In this document: piece after piece, positions 17,172-24,129 of the stretch
Layout: each line of letters opens with the position of its first letter
Position numbering within the stretch: position 1 is the stretch's first letter
Origin: a virus
Lineage: Duplodnaviria; Heunggongvirae; Uroviricota; Caudoviricetes
IMG/VR virus record: IMGVR_UViG_2623620491_000014
Location: 1 to 24,129 of that record
Length of the DNA stretch: 24,129 bases
Reading direction: 5' to 3' (one strand)
The notes under the pieces: model-generated
Databases searched by the model: none
Told to the model about the DNA's origin: nothing
What the model saw: only the letters and a program-made list of their open reading frames with translations
Made by a program: the position numbers and the translations under genes

Positions 17172-19376
17172 TTACTGCTGTGGTTGTTGCTGAGTTGATT
17201 TTTGCAGGATGCTGCTGATGTCCATGCGCTGCGCATGGCCCTGTGCCTGACTTTTCAGGACAAGCTCTGCATCAGCACGGGCATTGTCTCCTTGCTGTTG
17301 CTGGAACTGTCCGAGCAGTTTCAGAGCCTCGCGGATATCAGATTTCTGCTGGCTATCGGCAGATGCGAGGATTTTCACAACGTTTGCCGCTGCAACCTGA
17401 GCATCAGTCTGTGCCTGGAATGCTTTAACCTGAATGGCTGCCTGTTCGTTCTGCGCTTTCTGCAATTCAGCCTGACCTGCAAGAAGCTGACCTTGCGCTG
17501 CAACCATAGCCGGATCTGGCTGACTGGCCTGTTGTTGTTTCGCCTGCTCAACCATCTGCTGCTCTTCTGGCGTTCTCGGCTTGATAACTCCAGACAGAAG
17601 CAACTGATTGCGGTTGTATTCTTTAAGGTCATCCATCCCTTCGCCGTCCATATTGTCGAGAATCATCGACGATACAAGGTCGTGCTTCGGCGTTCCTGGT
17701 GGGATAAGTGCCAGCATGGAAAGTAACGACTTAACCGTTGCATCACGGCGAGTAGCGAACGACTGACCGACATCGACAGTCACTTCATAGTTGCCCTGCG
17801 AAAGGTCATTAAGCGCGATAACCCGCCCTGTCTGACGGTCAACCACTTCACCAGTCATCAGCGCCACGTCATCGCTGCCGTCCTCATTAACGATACGCAT
17901 CGGCGTATCACTGCCATAGACCTCACGCGCCATAGAAAGCCACACAACGCCAGCGCGACGCATGGATTTAGCCATGTTATCCATGTAGATATAGGACTGC
18001 GTATCCATCCGGTTAAAGATGCTATCAACGGTATCGGTGGCGACGTTGCTCGGCATGTTCTCAAGCTGCGACGCACCTGTAATTTGCTGAATAGCCGTTC
18101 CGGTGTACTGCAATAGCCCGGCAAGAGCTGGAGGCATTTGTGTCGGAGGCGTATAACTGCTGACCTGAGCCTGCGCAGTAATATCTCCGTTTTTGTTTTT
18201 CAGACTGACCATCGGCAGGAACGCCGGGCGCTTTTTGTTGCGCTCCGCCCAATGAGTGGCAAGAGGACCAGGAATCATGTCAACATCAACTACAGGAATG
18301 CCATCGCCGCCAGCCTGAGTAGCGTTATCTGCAATCATGGAAACCATCAGGTTCTCAAGACGCTGTGCATCCATCGCTTTTGCTGCGTGGCCTTCGATTC
18401 GTTCCTGATTATCAACAAATGAACGACGCCCATATACCGGGATGAGAGGAATATGTTCGCCCGGAATACGCTTCGGTTCTTCCAGCCATTCAGCGCCAGA
18501 CAGAAGACCGCAATAAACTCGGCGTTTCTTCACCGTTCGCTCGCCAATCAGTTCGAATGCACCATCGGTCAGCTCGTCGACAATATCTTTGATTTGCTCT
18601 TCATCATAGATTGCCGTTTCTCCGCTGACAGGGTTACGCCATGCTGTGAGCTTCACCTTCTCTATGCGGACTTCGTAGTAGCGTCCAACATAGATGGCAT
18701 CTGGCGTTGACCAGTCATATTGAGTGCCAGTGTCATCACGAGAAAGGCTTGCCGCGATGGAATCAGGGTATTCAGCCTCGAACGCTTTAGGCGTCATGGA
18801 GAACATTTCCATAGCCCACATGGCATCAGAGCGGTCATATTGCTTGCTGTCCTGATCGAAGAAGACGCATGTCGCTGGGTCGTAAACAGGAAGAAGGCTG
18901 ATGCGTCGCTGCTCGTTACTCGGATCCATTTCATCTTCGTAATCGGCACACATGCGGAAACAACCGAATCCGCCCGTTACAGCATCATCAAATGCGTTAT
19001 CACACGCTTCGCCACCGGATGTTTCCTGATAGTCAGCGCGGAATTTGCCGTTCATCTTTTCGGCTAACGCTTCCGATGCCTTGTCATCCTTCGGCCTGAA
19101 TTTAACGCTGATGCGATTCTGTCGATACTCGCCAATGATGCGATCACATTCACGGGCAATCTTATTCAGCTCAAAGCGCGGGTAATGCTCAAACCTGCCT
19201 TCATCAAATGAGTAACCAGCGTTTGTGCTGCCTTCCCACTGTGCGCCGGCCACCCGGACGAAACGTTGAGCCTCAATAATCTGCTCACGCATATCCTTCG
19301 TTGCTGACCAGGCATTATCAAAGTTGCACAGCACCTTGCGATGCCAGTCAGTCATCTTTCTATCATCAGCCATCAT
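17172..19376 (-). CDS. Portal protein, P22 gp1-type
   Basis: About 734 aa from the ATG at 19376, which overlaps the TerL stop (ATGA); the ORF-track start at 19388 is a TTG. C-terminal region (PRTPEEQQMVEQAKQQQASQPDPAMVAAQGQLLAGQAELQKAQNEQ...KQRMDI...ILQ) resembles the P22 portal C-terminal barrel. Confidence 0.9.
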   Translation of the reverse strand: MMADDRKMTDWHRKVLCNFDNAWSATKDMREQIIEAQRFVRVAGAQWEGSTNAGYSFDEGRFEHYPRFELNKIARECDRIIGEYRQNRISVKFRPKDDKASEALAEKMNGKFRADYQETSGGEACDNAFDDAVTGGFGCFRMCADYEDEMDPSNEQRRISLLPVYDPATCVFFDQDSKQYDRSDAMWAMEMFSMTPKAFEAEYPDSIAASLSRDDTGTQYDWSTPDAIYVGRYYEVRIEKVKLTAWRNPVSGETAIYDEEQIKDIVDELTDGAFELIGERTVKKRRVYCGLLSGAEWLEEPKRIPGEHIPLIPVYGRRSFVDNQERIEGHAAKAMDAQRLENLMVSMIADNATQAGGDGIPVVDVDMIPGPLATHWAERNKKRPAFLPMVSLKNKNGDITAQAQVSSYTPPTQMPPALAGLLQYTGTAIQQITGASQLENMPSNVATDTVDSIFNRMDTQSYIYMDNMAKSMRRAGVVWLSMAREVYGSDTPMRIVNEDGSDDVALMTGEVVDRQTGRVIALNDLSQGNYEVTVDVGQSFATRRDATVKSLLSMLALIPPGTPKHDLVSSMILDNMDGEGMDDLKEYNRNQLLLSGVIKPRTPEEQQMVEQAKQQQASQPDPAMVAAQGQLLAGQAELQKAQNEQAAIQVKAFQAQTDAQVAAANVVKILASADSQQKSDIREALKLLGQFQQQQGDNARADAELVLKSQAQGHAQRMDISSILQKSTQQQPQQ

Positions 19377-20869
19377 CCAACTCCGCAAGGTATGTTGTAG
19401 CTTGAGTAATCAATCTCTTTAGGATCTTTGATGTCTCGCATCTGTATTGCAAAACGCCTCATCATGTAGCCATAGCGAACAGCAGAAAGGATGTCGTCAT
19501 TTAGCTTGACGATCTTCCCGTTCTCATCGCGGTGATACAGACGAAACTCTTCAAAGAATGGCTCGCAGGTGTTAAATACCTTGAAACGACCGTCGAGCAT
19601 CATGTCGCGTATCTCTGCTATCCCGGGTTCGACCGCATTACCTCCATCAGGCCATGTTGCATGATCTGGCAACATGTCGAACCCAGCTTCGGCGTATTGT
19701 TCCTTGAGCTGAGCGCCGCCTCCCTTTTCGTGCTGATGCCCGTCATGAGGCCAAGCCGTAGGGGTGTTTTTGCTCCATGCTTTAACAGCACTCCATGCCT
19801 CTGTCGCCTTCTTCTGTTTGGCCTTCCAGACGCGAGAAAGATAAATCACGTCCTCGTCTTTATCCCACCAAAGCTGGATATGTGCCTGTGGGTGATCCCA
19901 TCCGAAGTCCATTGCATTGATGACGTAGAAGTGATCAGGACACTCGAACGGCTGACACTTAATCGTCTCTTCCGGTATCTGGAAGATTCGACCACTACCC
20001 ATCGTAGGAATACCGCGAGCACGCGCCTCTCTCTCATGCTCAGGATAAGATGCGATGATTTGCTCTTTCTGTTCGTCTGTGTAGTGCTCAGCGTCGTAGA
20101 TGGTCATGTTGACCACTTTCTGCGACTTGCTGGGATTCTTCAGGAACTTGGTAACAACGTCAGACATCCCCATCAGCGGGGTAAACGTCAGAATTGAGAA
20201 TTGCCCGTATTTGTTGGTACGGGTAAGGCCTTCACCATAAATGCTGTATGGTGGCTCTTCGTCAAACCACACGCCGTGGATTGTGTCACCCTGCCAGCGA
20301 GCGCGGCCTTGCGAGTATGGTTTGAAGTAGCAGATTGAAATGCCATCTTCAACGCCATCAGCCGTGTGATGCTTAACCAGAAGATGATCAACAAGGTTCG
20401 GAAAGAAAGGAGACTTCTTCCAGCTAATGATGTCCTCTTTCGGTATTGAACCGTAGCCCGGCTCATCATTCTCTTCAATACGACCGCACAGGATGCGTTG
20501 AGTCGTTTTGGTTACCGTCTCGTTTGTCTCGCCGCCAATCCAGAAGACAACAGGCTCATAGAAACGCTTACCTTTCCACTCACCGCCATATTTACCATCA
20601 GCAGGATAGCCTTTTGTGCCCGGATAACGCCCTGTAAGGTGAAACGCGACTTCAGCAGCACCAGTAAATGACTTACCAAGCTGGTTACCAGCCATAAAAC
20701 AGCGCTCTGGATAGTCATGCCCGGCGTCGATGAACTCACGCTGTTTGCTGTATGGCGTAAATTCATATAGCAGGTGTGTGTTCCTGTAGCTCTCTTCTTC
20801 TTCGAGTAGCTCGAGCAATTCGATTTGCTCTTCGTCGCTCAGGTTATCAAGAATCGCGTCCAGTTCCAC
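19373..20869 (-). CDS. Terminase large subunit, P22 gp2-type
   Basis: 498-aa [29 protein letters not shown]...[12 protein letters not shown] (Walker A-like) ..., closely matching P22 gp2 as recalled. Starts at GTG and overlaps the TerS 3' end by 23 nt. Confidence 0.92.
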   Translation of the reverse strand: MELDAILDNLSDEEQIELLELLEEEESYRNTHLLYEFTPYSKQREFIDAGHDYPERCFMAGNQLGKSFTGAAEVAFHLTGRYPGTKGYPADGKYGGEWKGKRFYEPVVFWIGGETNETVTKTTQRILCGRIEENDEPGYGSIPKEDIISWKKSPFFPNLVDHLLVKHHTADGVEDGISICYFKPYSQGRARWQGDTIHGVWFDEEPPYSIYGEGLTRTNKYGQFSILTFTPLMGMSDVVTKFLKNPSKSQKVVNMTIYDAEHYTDEQKEQIIASYPEHEREARARGIPTMGSGRIFQIPEETIKCQPFECPDHFYVINAMDFGWDHPQAHIQLWWDKDEDVIYLSRVWKAKQKKATEAWSAVKAWSKNTPTAWPHDGHQHEKGGGAQLKEQYAEAGFDMLPDHATWPDGGNAVEPGIAEIRDMMLDGRFKVFNTCEPFFEEFRLYHRDENGKIVKLNDDILSAVRYGYMMRRFAIQMRDIKDPKEIDYSSYNIPCGVG

Positions 20870-21335
20870 GGTTGAATAGCTCCTTGATACGAGAGCGTCG
20901 CTTATCGCGATCTCCCTTATCAGGTGTCACGTCTTCAACTTGCGACTGCTCTTTGAGGCCCAAATCACGGGCGATGATATTAGCGTTGAGAAGGTCAGCG
21001 GCTGCGCCAGAGAATTTCTGGTCGTAGATGATGTCTTCCGCTCGTGATGTGACGTCAGAAAAACCTTCCATTGACCGGAAGGTTCCCCATGTTTGCCTGG
21101 TGATATCAAGGAAGGTACACAATCCTGAAATAGTCATGGCTCGCATCTTAGGGACATTAGCCTTAATTATTTCTCCCTGATATGAAAATACCTTACCCTC
21201 CCATAGCGGGTTATCATCAGCCCACTCGAAGTATTCACAACAAGCAGCCCACAGCGCCTCAGGCGATTCGAATTTAGGGTTTCGCCCATGACTACTGCGG
21301 GCCTCCCAAAATCGGTTGCCCTTTGGTGCTGCCAT
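20847..21335 (-). CDS. Terminase small subunit, P22 gp3-type
   Basis: 162-aa [41 protein letters not shown]..., same length as and recalled as similar to P22 gp3. Directly upstream of TerL. Confidence 0.9.
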   Translation of the reverse strand: MAAPKGNRFWEARSSHGRNPKFESPEALWAACCEYFEWADDNPLWEGKVFSYQGEIIKANVPKMRAMTISGLCTFLDITRQTWGTFRSMEGFSDVTSRAEDIIYDQKFSGAAADLLNANIIARDLGLKEQSQVEDVTPDKGDRDKRRSRIKELFNRGTGRDS

Positions 21336-21414
21336 ATTGATTATTTCCCTTCTGCTTGCTTATCCCATTCATCGCGGAATTTGGATGGGTTGTCGAAACC
21401 TTGAGTTGCCATGT

Positions 21415-21657
21415 TTATGCTCCGGTAGTGAACAGGTCTAACGCTTCCTTCGATTTACGCACCGCTTCGATAGTGCGGGTCGTGATATCTGAATTAGCGC
21501 CGCCTGACTGGAAGTGAATTTTGAATAGCTCAAGCTTCAACTCGTCAGTACCAATGAACTGAAATGCTTCTTCTGCGGCTGCGTTCTGGTTCATGACCAG
21601 CTTGTAAATCTCTAACTGGAATTTCTGTTCTTCAGTCATGGGAATAATCTCTGCCAT
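21415..21657 (-). CDS. Small hypothetical protein (80 aa), same slot and size as P22 orf80
   Basis: 80-aa ORF with ATG start, between the lysis cassette and terminase genes. No function recognised. Confidence 0.6.
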   Translation of the reverse strand: MAEIIPMTEEQKFQLEIYKLVMNQNAAAEEAFQFIGTDELKLELFKIHFQSGGANSDITTRTIEAVRKSKEALDLFTTGA

Positions 21658-21760
21658 TGTTGGCTCCGTTTATCCGTTAAAAGGGATATCAGTTAAGTTA
21701 TCCCGTGTAGGGTATAAGTCATTATCAAAGCCACTCTGTAGGGAATGGCTTTTGTAATAA

Positions 21761-22132
21761 CTACTGTTCGCTTAGCTTCTGCTTCAGCAAGTAACCTTCG
21801 AGCATCCAGATTTTGTTTACAGCATTTTGCCGGGCAATCTTCCGACCAATTTCTGCATCAAAGTTTTCCGGGCTTGCACAGGCACTCTCTCCGGTGACGG
21901 TGAAGCCGTTGCGCAGCACCAGGACGCAGAACGTCAGCAGAGAAAGTGATTCGTGCGGCTGGTAGTTTACCTCTCCGCCAGTATGTTTCGCTTTTATGGC
22001 TTTGCCAAAGGCACCATCCTCTGCTGTGAAATATGCCTCCTGAGCAATAATTCCTTCGATATGGTCTGGCGTAACGCGCGGTGCCGTTTTGCCTTTCTCA
22101 ACGATTTCTTTTTCGATTTGCTGGTCGTTCAT
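21761..22132 (-). CDS. Hypothetical phage protein (123 aa)
   Basis: ATG-initiated ORF with consistent codon usage, between Rha and the 80-aa gene. No confident family assignment from sequence alone. Confidence 0.6.
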   Translation of the reverse strand: MNDQQIEKEIVEKGKTAPRVTPDHIEGIIAQEAYFTAEDGAFGKAIKAKHTGGEVNYQPHESLSLLTFCVLVLRNGFTVTGESACASPENFDAEIGRKIARQNAVNKIWMLEGYLLKQKLSEQ

Positions 22133-22258
22133 AATTATGACCCTGTGGAGTGGTTGCTTGATTAGGATGTCTTTCCATCAGTCCGCCACCACAAAGAATC
22201 TTTTTTGCCATAAGGCTGGAGGTTCATCTTTCAGTGGCTGCCAGTGTTATTTCCCCAC

Positions 22259-22876
22259 TTACTGGCTTGGGTTGTTTCGCGGTACTGCCGTAACTGGTTG
22301 CCCAGAATAAATTCCGGTTTCATTATCAAGCCCACCCGTAGATGGGCTTTGGAATGGTCGCTTTGGCAGTCCGGGGATCGATATTTGCGCCTGCTGCTCA
22401 AGCCTTTCGATTCTTGCTATGAGTTGCGGTTTTTTGATCCTGCCCCAGCGGTTCAGCAAGCGTCCTGACATACTGGCAACATCCTTTTCCTTCATGAACT
22501 CCAGCATTAACTCGTTGTGCTCTCTTTGGTATGAGTGAGCCATCTCCATCAGCCTGTCACGCATCCAATTAAATGCTTTGATAAACGCCTCTTTGATGGC
22601 GGCAGCTTTTTTGCCGGTAAACGACATGATGATGTACATCGCGCCGTCTTTGGAAATTTCATATTCAACATACTGATTACCCTTGTGTTCATAGGTAACC
22701 CGCGAAAAGTTGCTGGTTAGAAATTCATCCGAACAGTCTAGCTTTTCGATTTTCTGAATGATGTGGTGATGCTGCTTGTCGAAGTAAGCTGCTACCTTGC
22801 GGGAGGTTGTGATCACGCGATCACCAGAAACAACCACCATGTCCCGGAAATCGAGATTAGCCAATTGATGATTCAT
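22259..22876 (-). CDS. rha: Rha-family phage regulatory protein (antirepressor-like)
   Basis: From the in-frame ATG at 22876: MNHQLANLDFRDMVVVSGDRVITTSRKVAAYFDKQHHHIIQKIEKL...YEISKDGAMYIIMSFTGKKAAAIKEAFIKAFNWM fits the Rha N-terminal domain pattern. The ORF-track extension to 23119 translates to implausible sequence. Confidence 0.8.
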   Translation of the reverse strand: MNHQLANLDFRDMVVVSGDRVITTSRKVAAYFDKQHHHIIQKIEKLDCSDEFLTSNFSRVTYEHKGNQYVEYEISKDGAMYIIMSFTGKKAAAIKEAFIKAFNWMRDRLMEMAHSYQREHNELMLEFMKEKDVASMSGRLLNRWGRIKKPQLIARIERLEQQAQISIPGLPKRPFQSPSTGGLDNETGIYSGQPVTAVPRNNPSQ

Positions 22877-23218
22877 AGCGTCTTTACCTTTTAGAAAGTG
22901 AGCCTGTCTCACAGAAAAGCCGCCCGAGAGAGGTCGCCACCTATAACGGCATTTCTCAGGCTCGCTTACTGAAAGGCTCTCGTTAATATGCGCGTGAGAT
23001 GCGCTGTGAAATTCAGATATAAAAAGCCCCGCGAATGCGAGGCTAAATCCTGGTATTTGTAATGAACTGGCTCTTATCTCAACGCAGCCCCTTACTGCGC
23101 GCAAGATGCTCAATATCAAGCATCAGCAATGAGATATTTAATCTGGATTCACTCCAGAAGTGATCACCACCCTGTCTACAGAGCCAGATGTGAAGGATGA
23201 TGAGTAAAATTATCGCTA

Positions 23219-23656
23219 TCATCGAAGGCATTGCGTCCTGATGTACTCCTGCAGGTAGTTAACCTGCGCGGTTATCTTGTCGATTCCACTTCGGAGACGG
23301 TAATAATTGAGTTCAGCATCTGCTGTAAGTCTTGGGCTTTCTCCATTGCCCATGCCGCTGGCTCCGGTCGTTGACTTTGCACAGGTGGCGGCGACTTGCA
23401 GGCGCTTACGACCAGCAGAAACATCAGCACGGAGACTTTCGATAGTCGCGTTAGCATCAGCAAGCTCCTTTGTATATCTGGCATCGAGTTCTGCTACATC
23501 ACGTTGACGTTTCTGCATGTCAGCGATAATGGATGCGGCCTTATCGCGCTGCTCTTTGTAGGTGATGGCGTTATCACGGTAATGATTGACCGCCCATGAC
23601 AGGCAGACGATGATGCAGATAACCAGAGCGGAGATAATCGCGGTGACTCTGCTCAT
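23219..23656 (-). CDS. Rz: Inner-membrane spanin Rz (i-spanin)
   Basis: 145-aa ORF; N-terminus [34 protein letters not shown] matches lambda Rz. Start overlaps the R stop (ATGA). Confidence 0.92.
   Translation of the reverse strand: MSRVTAIISALVICIIVCLSWAVNHYRDNAITYKEQRDKAASIIADMQKRQRDVAELDARYTKELADANATIESLRADVSAGRKRLQVAATCAKSTTGASGMGNGESPRLTADAELNYYRLRSGIDKITAQVNYLQEYIRTQCLR
23272..23457 (-). CDS. Rz1: Outer-membrane lipoprotein spanin Rz1 (o-spanin), embedded in the +1 frame of Rz
   Basis: Embedded ORF with signal peptide and lipobox ([20 protein letters not shown]) followed by a proline-rich segment ([13 protein letters not shown]), the characteristic Rz1 architecture. Start chosen at the Met preceding the signal peptide. 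Confidence 0.8.
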   Translation of the reverse strand: MLTRLSKVSVLMFLLVVSACKSPPPVQSQRPEPAAWAMEKAQDLQQMLNSIITVSEVESTR

Positions 23657-24129
23657 ACCTCAATCTCTCTGACCGTTCCGCCAGCCTCTTTGAATTTTGC
23701 AATCAGGCTGTCAGCCTTATGCTCGAACTGACCATAACCAGCGCCCGGCAGTGAAGCCCAGATATTGCTGCAACGGTCGATAGCCTGACGGATATCACCG
23801 CGATCAATCATCGGTAAAGCGCCACGCTCTTTAATCTGCTGTAGTGCAACAGCGTCCTGGCTTTTCGGAGAGAAGTCTTTCAGGCCAAGCTGCTTACGGT
23901 ATGCATCCCACCAACGGGAAAGAAGCTGGTAACGTCCGGCTGCTGTTGATTTGAGTTTTGGGTTTAGCGTGACAAGTTTGCGAGGGTGATCGGAGTAATC
24001 AGTAAATAGATCTCCGCCTACAATGACGTCATAACCATGATTTCTGGTTTTCTGCCGTCCGTTATCAGTTCCCTCTGACCACGCCAGCATATCGAGGAAC
24101 GCCTTACGTTGATTATTGATTTCCACCAT
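23653..24129 (-). CDS. R: Endolysin, lambda R-type lytic transglycosylase
   Basis: 158-aa [42 protein letters not shown]..., near-identical to lambda R as recalled. Its ATG is the last 3 bases of the window, so the holin gene lies just outside. Confidence 0.93.
   Translation of the reverse strand: MVEINNQRKAFLDMLAWSEGTDNGRQKTRNHGYDVIVGGDLFTDYSDHPRKLVTLNPKLKSTAAGRYQLLSRWWDAYRKQLGLKDFSPKSQDAVALQQIKERGALPMIDRGDIRQAIDRCSNIWASLPGAGYGQFEHKADSLIAKFKEAGGTVREIEV

Noticed and set aside
17202-17726. 174-aa plus-strand ORF (and other antisense ORFs at 18138-19067)
   Set aside because: Antisense to the portal gene; low-complexity Leu/Arg/Cys-rich translations typical of the reverse frame of a real gene.
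19532-20197. 221-aa plus-strand ORF
   Set aside because: Lies entirely antisense within the large terminase gene, which has strong family similarity. The translation is Cys/Leu/Arg-rich with no recognisable domain; a shadow ORF.
22877-23119. N-terminal extension of the Rha ORF (286-aa form)
   Set aside because: The extra 81 residues (MILSILRAVRGCVEIRASSLQ...) look like non-coding translation, and the Rha domain pattern begins exactly at the internal ATG at 22876.
1-24129. CRISPR arrays, tandem repeats, insertion sequences, tRNA or rRNA genes
   Set aside because: No regularly spaced direct repeats, no transposase-like ORF, and no tRNA-like cloverleaf candidates seen in any intergenic region.

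Overview
This 24.1 kb window is one contiguous piece of a P22-like temperate podophage (or prophage) of an enterobacterial host, running from the integrase start codon (pos 1) to the endolysin start codon (pos 24129). Apart from int, the acyltransferase, mnt and one moron, every gene is on the minus strand. Gene order is: int (+); a low-GC moron encoding an acyltransferase-3 (O-antigen acetylase-like) protein (+); tailspike (-); the immI immunity region (ant and arc on -, mnt on +, with textbook Arc and Mnt operators); an accessory cargo slot; then ejection proteins gp16/gp20/gp7, gp14, tail needle, gp10, gp4, coat, scaffold, portal, large and small terminase, two small accessory genes, Rha, Rz/Rz1 and R endolysin. 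The best candidate for an undescribed system is the cargo slot at about 5.9-7.5 kb, where P22 carries sieA. It holds a translationally coupled two-gene operon (DUF4065/Panacea-like protein plus a 139-aa basic partner with a RelE/ParE-like C-terminal pattern) and, divergently, a strongly ribosome-binding-site-equipped secreted small protein. All homology calls are from reading the translated ORFs against remembered family signatures; no database search was run. No rRNA, tRNA, CRISPR array or insertion sequence was seen.
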